64,000 bases of DNA from Schizochytrium sp. TIO01 (taxonomy: Eukaryota; Protista; Bigyra: Labyrinthulomycetes). Every line of letters starts with the position of its first letter. Position 1 is the stretch's first letter. Location of the stretch: contig SMSO01000032.1 of NCBI GenBank assembly GCA_004764695.1, positions 3,256,483-3,320,482 on the forward strand. Direction: 5' to 3'. This document shows positions 1-9,113 of the stretch, piece by piece. The notes under the pieces are model-generated. The model searched no databases, had not been told where the DNA came from, and worked only from the letters and a program-made list of their open reading frames with translations. The position numbers and the translations under genes were made by a program.

Positions 1-543
1 CAAGACTAAGCTGTATATCTTATTCTTATACCAGTCTCAAGACCGTTCGCATATCAACTCGATGGTGATGTCTTCGTTCAAGTTAATTTTGTAAATTAAA
101 AATTAAAATTGAATTAAAATTTGTTTTCATTTTCATTAGGACTACTGCTGTTATTTTATATTGCTCGTAGTACTTTTTTTATTTCTCAAGTGCTTATTGC
201 ACATTTAGGTAACTGCTACTATCTATGTTTTAAAACGAGGGGCCAATGCCTGTATTGAAGAAGTAGCTTTTACGGTAAGAGTACCTCGCAGCTAGAAACT
301 CTCTTTTAAAGGAAAGCGCAGATAGATAGATATAAATGGGTTTTGCAGCAACAATCTTCGAACTCGTCCATTAACACATAGGTACCTGGCATATGAGCAA
401 AGAACCTTGAAGCACTGAAGGGTAAAATCAATTTGAGCGTGAGCAAGGAAGAAGCCAAGAAAAGGAATCTGGACTAGTGGGTCGAATGTTTTGAGACAGC
501 AGAACGGAAAGTCTTGCAGGCTTTGCAAGTCTGGTTGAGAGAA

Positions 544-1740
544 ATGGTGCGCCAGAGCGTCGCGAGGAAGCTTGGGTCAGTGTACTCCACGAAACAATGG
601 TTTATTGAGTACAACGGGAACCTCTCCAATCACTTAGCGCATGGCGTTATTGCGCTGGAACACTTGGGAGCAAGCGATGACAGAATCCAAGAGTTTGTGC
701 AGGTTTATGAGCAGCGCACCAAACTTCGCCCTGCAGAAAATGTGTTGCAAGAAGCTGATCAAAGATTGAACATCAAACAGTTTGAGCGTGGTCTTGTGGG
801 AGCCCGCAGAAATTTTTATGGTCTCCAAGAGTTTTATGCGCAAGCTTTTGCAGAAAACGGCCGCGACCAAGTTATTCGGGAATACCTGCCACAAACCCTT
901 CGTGGAATGAGCGGAGCTTTGTTGCACAACATGATACATCTTGGTTATGGATACCGTTCGCAGGCTGAGCACATTGTGCTTGAAGGCATGGCGTACATGC
1001 ATCACTCTTGCTTACCTCTTGCAAAATCCATCGATGAGTTTACAGAAAGGACCATATCGTCATCATTATCCTCCTCTCAAGCTCCTACAGCTAGCTTTGA
1101 CGAGTTTGTTGATTCGTTTATCACCAGTATGAACCGTATGCGCTCGGAAGGAAAAATTACAGACCTTCTCCAGACTCGCTGCCATGAAGCTGATGATTGG
1201 AGTAATTCACGCCCGCAGAATCAGTTGCGTCTGATTAGCCTACATGGCATTGAGTTACTTGATGATCTTACACGGGACATCCCTTTGACCCCAAGCATCT
1301 CCTGGTACGTAGATCTTCTGATCAAGGTTTTGGTTGAGACAACTTATGTTAGAGAGACAGGTAAGGACGCGCAATATGACTTTGTTCTACTCCATGGAGC
1401 CACTTGCTCTTGGGCTCTGCACCAATTGGAGCATCTTATGGATGCTCGCTATGCACAATACTGTTTGGCAAACACCCTGTTCGCGGTATTGGCAATTCAG
1501 GGGATTCCTCACTTGGAATCCTGTGAAATTCATCAAACTCATGCGCCATGGGAAGAACTTTTACCTGCTCTTGTTGCCAGAGATCTTGATGAGCATGCAT
1601 ACAAACTCGGTGCTGTTGCACATGAGAGATTTCTTTCTTGTGATGCTAACTGCCCTGGAGAACTTTACAAACAAGCGTGTAGTATTGTGACACACCTTGG
1701 ATCAACTCTCCAGCCCGTCCAGTCTTTTTCGTCTCTTTAA
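544..1740 (+). CDS. Questin oxidase-like / HypA-like (DUF4243) oxidoreductase
   Basis: Single long ORF with first ATG at 544 (track ORF opens at 514 on TTG). Family-like His motifs: LSNHLAHGVIAL, GALLHNMIHLGYG, YDFVLLHGAT, DEHAYKL. Confidence 0.75.
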   Translation: MVRQSVARKLGSVYSTKQWFIEYNGNLSNHLAHGVIALEHLGASDDRIQEFVQVYEQRTKLRPAENVLQEADQRLNIKQFERGLVGARRNFYGLQEFYAQAFAENGRDQVIREYLPQTLRGMSGALLHNMIHLGYGYRSQAEHIVLEGMAYMHHSCLPLAKSIDEFTERTISSSLSSSQAPTASFDEFVDSFITSMNRMRSEGKITDLLQTRCHEADDWSNSRPQNQLRLISLHGIELLDDLTRDIPLTPSISWYVDLLIKVLVETTYVRETGKDAQYDFVLLHGATCSWALHQLEHLMDARYAQYCLANTLFAVLAIQGIPHLESCEIHQTHAPWEELLPALVARDLDEHAYKLGAVAHERFLSCDANCPGELYKQACSIVTHLGSTLQPVQSFSSL

Positions 1741-2245
1741 GCTACGAACATGGTTTTAATTCTTGCATAACCACGACACTTTTTCAGATTATAGCTGATG
1801 TAGTAGCAGCGACTTTTAAAAAATGGTATTGCACCTGTATGCCTAGGATACATATTTTTATTTTTGGTTTTATTCTTTCTTTGAAAAATACTAATTAAAT
1901 AATCAATAATTAAATCATGGGTAGCTAAGCTTTCTCAAACTAGCTAGATTGGCACAATCATTTCTAGTCAAAGACCTCCATAGTTTTTAGGCACAGGAGA
2001 ATTTACGATTAACCAGAGCGAGCCTGTTCGTTCTACTGGACCTCAGCGCAAGAAGCTCTCATGTCTAAGATGGCCTATGAAGGGAAAAAAAGAAATTTAA
2101 TAGTAGTAGTCATTATCTGGAAAATAACGTGTGTGTGCACATATCGGCTGCCTGGGTCATTGCTCACGCACTCGCGCGAACAGAGCAAACCTGGATTCTG
2201 CTGCACAAGGAAGGTCTTTTCAAGTAACTTAGGCAAACAGCGACC

Positions 2246-3247
2246 ATGGCAGACATGGAAAGCTCCGGCGATCTCCCCCCGTTGGTGGAGTCAGAGGTGC
2301 CTTTAGCGAAACCAGTAGGTTTGCTTCTTCGTCATGAGGAGGCGGACGACCGGGCTGTCAACGATGAAACGCAACACAGGGACGACAAAGATAACGATGA
2401 TGTGGCCAGGGTCGTCAAGCTTGTGCATCTGCAAGACCCCAAAGCTGGGGTTTTCTCTCAACAAAAGAAACAAGTAAGTCTACCTGGTTGGGAAAGCTGC
2501 TGCTGCATCGTCGCACAATATTAACTCACATTTGAAAACTTTCTCATCATTGACCTCAACCTTGTACAGTGTGACCTTTGGGAGTTTTTTTGGGGGACCT
2601 CACTTCTCACAGCAAGCTTTATCAATGCACTGGACCTTTCCAAGCTAAGTGTTCTTGAAATTGGTGGCGGCTCTGGGCTCTGCAGTCTTACCGCCAGTTT
2701 GAGCGGAGCGGATTCTGTACGCATGACCGATCTCGTGGAGGATGCATTGCGTGTCTGTGCGCAAAGCGCAAAGGCCAACGAACTAGCCAATGTAAGCTTT
2801 GCAAAACTTGATTGGAATGATATGAACTCTGTTCCGGAAGAGGCCTACGACCTTGTGATTGCATCTGACGTCCTCTTTTATCGAGGTACTGTTAGTCCAG
2901 TGGCCCAGGTGTTTGCAAGAGCCCTCCGCCCCGGTGGCATTGGTCTTCTAACGGACCCATGCCGCTGTAATACGGATGACTTTATCTCTAAACTGGACGA
3001 TCTTGGGATTGTTGCAGAGACACATCTTTTTCGTCCAGAGATGCTCGCGCGAGGACGCGACCTTGGGCCAAAGGCTTTTGTAAATGTGAAAAAGGTCAAA
3101 CTTATTGTATTCTCCAAACCTAGCTCTAACGAAAGGTTGCAACAGCTGTCCGATCTAGACGAGCAAATTAAGGCTGCTTTACCTGGATTCACACGACCAG
3201 AAATTGAGGTTGAGATGGAAGCACTTGGGCTTGCAATAAACTCTTAA
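2246..3247 (+). CDS. Class I SAM-dependent protein methyltransferase, family 16 (METTL21/EFM-like); 2 exons 2246-2473 and 2570-3247
   Basis: Joining the exons across a phase-0 intron gives ...SQQKKQ|CDLWEFFWGTSLL...VLEIGGGSGLCSL (motif I)...VRMTD...LDW...YDLVIASDVLFY (DxxY motif typical of MTase family 16). Confidence 0.85.
2474..2569 (+). other. Spliceosomal intron (96 nt)
   Basis: Donor GTAAGT at 2474, acceptor ...CTTGTACAG ending at 2569, branch-like TTGAC shortly upstream. Removal fuses two ORFs in frame and skips a stop. Confidence 0.85.
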
Positions 3248-4424
3248 TACTAAGGTTGCAAACTATGCAATCGGTTTATGATGTGCCTATCCTGCCGAAG
3301 CGATGACTAGCAAGATGTGTTTCTTTGCATCACTTTCCTCATATCAACTTTGTTACGTATATTAAAGATTTGGATGAACCTTTCTTGCAACATCCTAGTT
3401 ATGATTATTACAAGTGACTTTTCTTTCTGAATCTCGAAATGTGTTGTGCCGCCACTCAGCAACAGTTTAAAATCCTGTTGAGACTGGGTCATTACACCTT
3501 TTGTACTCCGAATGAGAACGACTCAGTTCACCATGATACTGTTTCTTCATCATGACTGGATTCTCTTCAAAACCTTCAATCTGCTTACTATATAGCCAGC
3601 GTAAGCTTCCTCCAAGCCCACTCTGATGTGTAGTAATAATATGTGTTTATACCCTAGCAGGAGTGCTGCCTGAAACTTCTAGACATCAGGTAGTTGGGAC
3701 CTAAATACCTTCTACATGTGCCTCCAAAATGCTGATCTTCTTGACAATAACTCGAAGTATAGGGCGTAATAGTTATTGTTATCTGAGTTTCAATGGCTGC
3801 AGTTAAGCGCTTTGGTAGCTACAAAGCAGTAGAGTTAGTTTTGCGGCCCTTCAGAATCAGCCTAAGCTTAAAAGAAGTGCACACTTTCCGGGGTTGAGGT
3901 ACCTTTTTAGACCTGCACGCGCTGGACACTATTACTATTAGTAATACACAAATACAGAAGCCTATCCTTTTTTTAATTTTTTTTTTTTTTTCCCCGAAAC
4001 AAACTCAGTCAGAGTCTCGTCAGTAGCTGCTGTCTGCATTGGCATGTGCTTTCGCTGCATCATAGCGTGCAGGCTTCGAGTGTTTTTGGCATACTCCACA
4101 CTGCTTCGCAGTTGTATTTTCTAGTCTAAAACATTGAAAGAAACTACTAATTTGTTATTAAAAAAATAGAAATACTTTTTTAGAAATAAAAAGGAAAGAT
4201 AACTCAAAAGACAGAATTAGAAGGCACGAGCATCAACAGCCAGGCACCCCCGCTTGATTGATGGAGAACCAAACATCATTCTGTGGATTGGGTCCGAAGC
4301 AATTACCCCCCCAGGGTCGAGAAGCAAAACCTCTTTGATTTCTACAGGAGGTGGGGGCGTGGTCACAGGGCAAGGTGGATCGCTGGTTACACCGTTGCCT
4401 CTAGAGTTGCTCAACGAAGGAGTG

Positions 4425-7400
4425 ATGGTGCAGCTAAAGAAGCTCCTCTGCAGGCCTATGGCCTTGCGTGGAGCAAGTGATGAAAACCCAAGTATTAAGC
4501 TGCCGGAGGGATCTCCATCAACGAGTGAGTCTCTCCAAGATGGTGATTGCAGACGTACCGTGTCGCAAGAGGTAGAGCAGGGCGCTGCCGGTGCTGTTTC
4601 AGGTTCTGCAAGAAATAGCAGAGATTCACAGACGAGTCGAAGATCAACATTTAAGGCAGCCCTACAGAACGTACTCGTACAGGGTGCCGCACAATTGAGT
4701 CGAAAATCAGGCCTAAAGAACACAGCTTCTAAACAGATATCTGGTAATGTCTGCAAGGTCTCACAACCTCTAGATAGTGACTTACTTCAAGAATGGATCG
4801 ACGAAGCCAAAAATGACAAGCTTGAAATGAAAGAAAGAACTACTGCGGTCGCACGACTCTATGCGCTTTTCGAAGAGATTGAAAAGATAGATAAAAACTC
4901 CAGTGTTTCAGAACAACAGAGCTACTTCAACATTGCTCTCGAAAGAGTTGCCCCCCCTTTGTTAGATGATCTCGTTAAAGCGGCTATCCTGGGGAAACTT
5001 CAAGGCCGTCTGGCACAGATTGGCCTAGCAAAGATGCGTACGCTAGGTAGTCTTGACTTGGTGGACTCTATTTGTGGTTGGAATGATGCTACAGAAGTCG
5101 CTGAGTGGTTGACACGAGCAATTGGTTTTGACATGAGCAATTCTGAACTCAGCGAGTTTCCACCTGTGAAACATATGCCATGCACTGTAAACCTTAGTGA
5201 CTGTCCTAAACTATTAAGTTTGGGCTCGTCGCTTCAATTCGTGGACGGAAGTCTGGACCTTAGCGATAACACTGGACTACAAGATCTGGGCAACCTTGAA
5301 AAGGTTGGAGGGGACCTTGAGCTCTACAATTGCATCTCCCTAGAGAGCTTATCTGGGAATCTGATTGTTAGCCGTGACCTAATGTTGGAAGGTTGCGAAA
5401 GGCTACAATCTGTTGGTCCCCAGATAAGCTGCGACGGATATTTTAATGTACTAGAATGCTCTCAGTTGGAATCAGTACATCTTCAAAACATTGGCAAATG
5501 GATGAGCAAGACACCATCTGTTATTACGAACTTACGTATCTATATTACAATAAAAACCCTTCTCGACGAGAATTGCACGGGAGCAGATTTATCTAATGCG
5601 TTTAGCGAATTGAATATTGGACATGAATCTTTGCGAACCGCATTAGAGGATCTGGCTGAGACTCAAATTGGCAGCGCTCTGTTGGACACGAGCAGGTGTG
5701 ACGAGTTTCTTGACTGCCTTACTACAGAGGTTGATGTAACAGAGTCGTTACGAGCTGCTATGCAAAAAGTATACGCTACTGTAAAGCGTGTTCTGGACCA
5801 AAATACTCTCAACACGAATTCTACACTTGATCCAACTTGTGGCTTCAAATCGTTAACACATCTTGTTCTTGAGAGCTGTTCTGATTTGTTAATTTCCAAA
5901 ATGGAAGTGCTACAGGAGTTGAAGGTTCTATGCGTTTCCGGCGTTCTGCAAATAGTCGAATGCCCAGAACTGAGATCTGCTACGATAATAGCCGCCCCGG
6001 CCCCACCCGAGATCGTAGAGCCTCTCTCTTCTGACGAGAATAAGGTGGATGCTAGCCTGGATCTACGAGAGCTTGTGTCGTTAGAAAAAGTAGACATTTC
6101 AGGCACTTGGATGAATGCTGAGATAAGGAAATGTTCTGTTCTTACCAAGCTGGAAAGTGACATCGTTCTCAGAGGAAATTTGGGACTCTCATATTGCCCT
6201 AAGCTCACCTCTCTGAATGGTCTGGAGATAAGAGGAAATTTATCCATGTCGTTTCTAGAGTCTTTGACAAAGTGCAACGTGAAGGGGAAGCTATCGGAGG
6301 TTTCTTTAACCAACTGTTTGAACTTGGTACATTGTGATGTTGAGGAGTGTAAAAACTTCTCGGCATGGGGATGCTCAGCTTTGTCTAAATTCAGCGATTC
6401 AATGTACGTTGAAGAAAAACTAACCATGATTCAGTCCGGAGCCGTTCATTTGATGTTGCCTCAAGCTGAGGCAATTGAAATAAATGATAGTTCAATTGTT
6501 TCTATCGAATGTCCGATGGTTAAAAAGTTGGTTGTCACGTTTTGCCCTGGGCTGAAGTCAGCATGTCTCAGCAACAATGTAAAACCGCGTCTAAAATCAC
6601 AAAATGAAGAAGAAGAAGAAGACATTGATGAGATGCCACACATGGAGAAATTGAAATTCGAAAACTGCTATGAACTCACGCATATTTCTTTCGTTGGAGC
6701 TGAGACGACAACTGTGGATGATTTAGAACTCTCCGAGAATGATAGGCTAGAGGAAATTGAACTTGTCGACACCAACCTAGTTGTGGGGAAGCTCAGTCTC
6801 TCCTCAGTCGCTAATCTAACTCAACTTTCGGAGATGAGAGTCGAAGACCTCCGAATTGTAAGATGTCCTGGTATCGAAACGTTAGCTAGTCTCGAGCAAG
6901 TGGATATACTATATCTCGAAGATTGCTCTCAGCTGGTTGAGCTATGTTCGTTTTCAGGCACATGCGAAATCATCAATTGTCCAGCCCTGAAATCACTTCC
7001 TTCAAATTGCCATGCTGACGAGCTAACAATTTGTCAATGTAGGCTTCTTTCGGAATTGCCAAGTGATCTTTCAGTTGATATCGACCTCTCCATTTCATCT
7101 TGCGATGAGTTGCTCTCGATACCAGAAAATGTCAGGCCTCAAGGAAAGTTAGAAATTGTGAGATGCTCATCTTTACAATCTCTGCCTCGCAGCATTTCTG
7201 CAACTCAGGTTCATTTACGGATGTGTAGCTCTATAAATGATGTCTCGGCACTTGTGGGTGCTGAACTGCAGGTATTATCTATTAATGGGTGCCATGCTCT
7301 CACGTCACTTCCTGACGGAATTCATACTAGTACCTCCTTTCGCATAACGAGCTGCAACGCTGTGGAGCGATTGCCAAATGGCCTTCACTCTGGACAGGTC

Positions 7401-9113
7401 GAAATCTCAAAATGCCCGTTGCTAGCTGGTATTGGTTCTCCTGGACAAGGGCAAATTTCGACAATGATTATCGAAGAGTGCAATCGTTTGGAAAATATTC
7501 CAATGGAGTACTCTGAACATGTTACGAAGCTAGTCATTCGAAAATGCGAGAATTTTCATCAATTACCTTCTGGCTTCATCGCAAATCATATCGTAATAGA
7601 CCATTGTGGAAGTTTTGAGGAACTTTCACCTTTAGGAAAGAATCCGGCATGTCTTGAGATCACCTCATGTTTGAATTTCCTTACACTACCTCAGAGCTTG
7701 CATGTAAACGGACCTCTCTTACTTCATGACTGTGTTCGCCTTGAGACTCTCCCTGAGGACCTCTACGCGACTGTGCTAGATCTTTCGCGTTGCACCAACG
7801 TTCAGCATCTGCCTGATTGTGTGCTTCATTGGAGCGAGAACCTAGAAGAGTCTAGAAATCCCGTAAGGGTCCTGGCTCGTCGGGTCTCTCGTTTATCTCA
7901 ACGAATGTCCCTCACGAGACGGAGCGACCTGGTTACCCCTTCCCCGGGCGAGCCATATTCGGTTATTGTTGGAGAATCTGGTATTCAAGAGAATGATGAT
8001 GAGCTATCAAGAATTTCAGAGTATGCCACACCGCTCTTTCGCATTGATCTCCGCGCAAGTAACATATCTGCATCGGAACGACGTTTCAGTCTGGCCAATG
8101 CTACATCATCAACCATGGAGCTTTTCCTTTTCGGCCCAACAAGAAGAAGCACCCTGGACTCAGAAGATGATGATGAATACCAAGAGGATTTCCAAGAAAT
8201 CGATATGCCACGCGATCTGGAAGGAGCTATTACATATTGGAAATCACGAATTCTTGAGGAGGTTCCGGATGCTGGACAGTTCATTGTAGCCGATGTTGTG
8301 AAAGCAGTTCCAGAAACTTATACGTTTGGTGTCATCGAGTTCCTCTCAGTAATACATTTAGCCAAGGAACTTAAAAATGAGACACTTCGTCCTGGTCTTC
8401 TCACACGTCTTGCAGAGGTTTTAGAGCTCTTGGCCACTACTGAAGAAAGTGATGTTAGGGAAGCAATTTGCATTCGTATGTCAGATAGCTCTGATGCATG
8501 TGGCGATAAGCCCATATGGGCTTTGAATCAAATGTATCAGCATGTTCTGATTGTCCAGGCTCGGGGCGATCGAGGAAAGCTCTTTGCGCTAGGAAAACGT
8601 TTAATGCGACTTGACGTCGTGCATCACTACATCCGTAAATTTATTGAGGAAGAGCTTCCAGATGGCGACGAAGTCTCTATTTATCTTCGCTTCGAAATTG
8701 CTTTACGAGACACTTTGGATTTGCCAGTGTCTGCAAAATCTATGCTGTTCCCAGACATCGTTGTTATACCAGATGACAATATCAGGGAAGCAGAAGACGC
8801 CGCTCTCGCAATTACTGAGACAGAATACGAACATTGGCTAGAGAGTTGGGAGGAGTGGCAACGCCAGATTCGTTCCGAGCAAGCTGCGACGCTTGACTTA
8901 AAATCACTTTCACGAAATAGTCTCAAGCGTGTTTCCCTATCATGGCAAACACTAATTGGGACTCAGATTGAAGACCCTGTACGTCTTTTGCCTAGTCGTG
9001 ATATAGTGAGTCTACAAGAGTTACTTCGCCACTGGGTGGAGACGGGCAATGATTATTTTAGCATTCCACGAACCTTCGAGTATCTGGAAAACAATCTTAC
9101 TCGTTGCATCTGA
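4425..9113 (+). CDS. LRR-NEL E3 ubiquitin ligase (IpaH/SspH/SlrP-type NEL domain) with C-terminal U-box-like segment
   Basis: Uninterrupted ORF (open from 4254; in-frame ATGs at 4425 and 4458). Many LxIxxCxxLxxLP repeats at ~5184-5490 and ~5850-7830. NEL signature EFLSVI...VREAICIRMSDSSDACGDKPIWALNQM...GKRLMRLDVV...DEVSIYLRFEIALRDTLDLPVSAKSMLF...WEEW at ~8210-8880, with the Cys codon at 8499-8501. Confidence 0.85.
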   Translation: MVQLKKLLCRPMALRGASDENPSIKLPEGSPSTSESLQDGDCRRTVSQEVEQGAAGAVSGSARNSRDSQTSRRSTFKAALQNVLVQGAAQLSRKSGLKNTASKQISGNVCKVSQPLDSDLLQEWIDEAKNDKLEMKERTTAVARLYALFEEIEKIDKNSSVSEQQSYFNIALERVAPPLLDDLVKAAILGKLQGRLAQIGLAKMRTLGSLDLVDSICGWNDATEVAEWLTRAIGFDMSNSELSEFPPVKHMPCTVNLSDCPKLLSLGSSLQFVDGSLDLSDNTGLQDLGNLEKVGGDLELYNCISLESLSGNLIVSRDLMLEGCERLQSVGPQISCDGYFNVLECSQLESVHLQNIGKWMSKTPSVITNLRIYITIKTLLDENCTGADLSNAFSELNIGHESLRTALEDLAETQIGSALLDTSRCDEFLDCLTTEVDVTESLRAAMQKVYATVKRVLDQNTLNTNSTLDPTCGFKSLTHLVLESCSDLLISKMEVLQELKVLCVSGVLQIVECPELRSATIIAAPAPPEIVEPLSSDENKVDASLDLRELVSLEKVDISGTWMNAEIRKCSVLTKLESDIVLRGNLGLSYCPKLTSLNGLEIRGNLSMSFLESLTKCNVKGKLSEVSLTNCLNLVHCDVEECKNFSAWGCSALSKFSDSMYVEEKLTMIQSGAVHLMLPQAEAIEINDSSIVSIECPMVKKLVVTFCPGLKSACLSNNVKPRLKSQNEEEEEDIDEMPHMEKLKFENCYELTHISFVGAETTTVDDLELSENDRLEEIELVDTNLVVGKLSLSSVANLTQLSEMRVEDLRIVRCPGIETLASLEQVDILYLEDCSQLVELCSFSGTCEIINCPALKSLPSNCHADELTICQCRLLSELPSDLSVDIDLSISSCDELLSIPENVRPQGKLEIVRCSSLQSLPRSISATQVHLRMCSSINDVSALVGAELQVLSINGCHALTSLPDGIHTSTSFRITSCNAVERLPNGLHSGQVEISKCPLLAGIGSPGQGQISTMIIEECNRLENIPMEYSEHVTKLVIRKCENFHQLPSGFIANHIVIDHCGSFEELSPLGKNPACLEITSCLNFLTLPQSLHVNGPLLLHDCVRLETLPEDLYATVLDLSRCTNVQHLPDCVLHWSENLEESRNPVRVLARRVSRLSQRMSLTRRSDLVTPSPGEPYSVIVGESGIQENDDELSRISEYATPLFRIDLRASNISASERRFSLANATSSTMELFLFGPTRRSTLDSEDDDEYQEDFQEIDMPRDLEGAITYWKSRILEEVPDAGQFIVADVVKAVPETYTFGVIEFLSVIHLAKELKNETLRPGLLTRLAEVLELLATTEESDVREAICIRMSDSSDACGDKPIWALNQMYQHVLIVQARGDRGKLFALGKRLMRLDVVHHYIRKFIEEELPDGDEVSIYLRFEIALRDTLDLPVSAKSMLFPDIVVIPDDNIREAEDAALAITETEYEHWLESWEEWQRQIRSEQAATLDLKSLSRNSLKRVSLSWQTLIGTQIEDPVRLLPSRDIVSLQELLRHWVETGNDYFSIPRTFEYLENNLTRCI

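Noticed and set aside
4217-6427. Antisense ORFs of 179 and 254 aa within the LRR-NEL gene
   Set aside because: Fully overlap a well-supported sense CDS and have no independent motifs.
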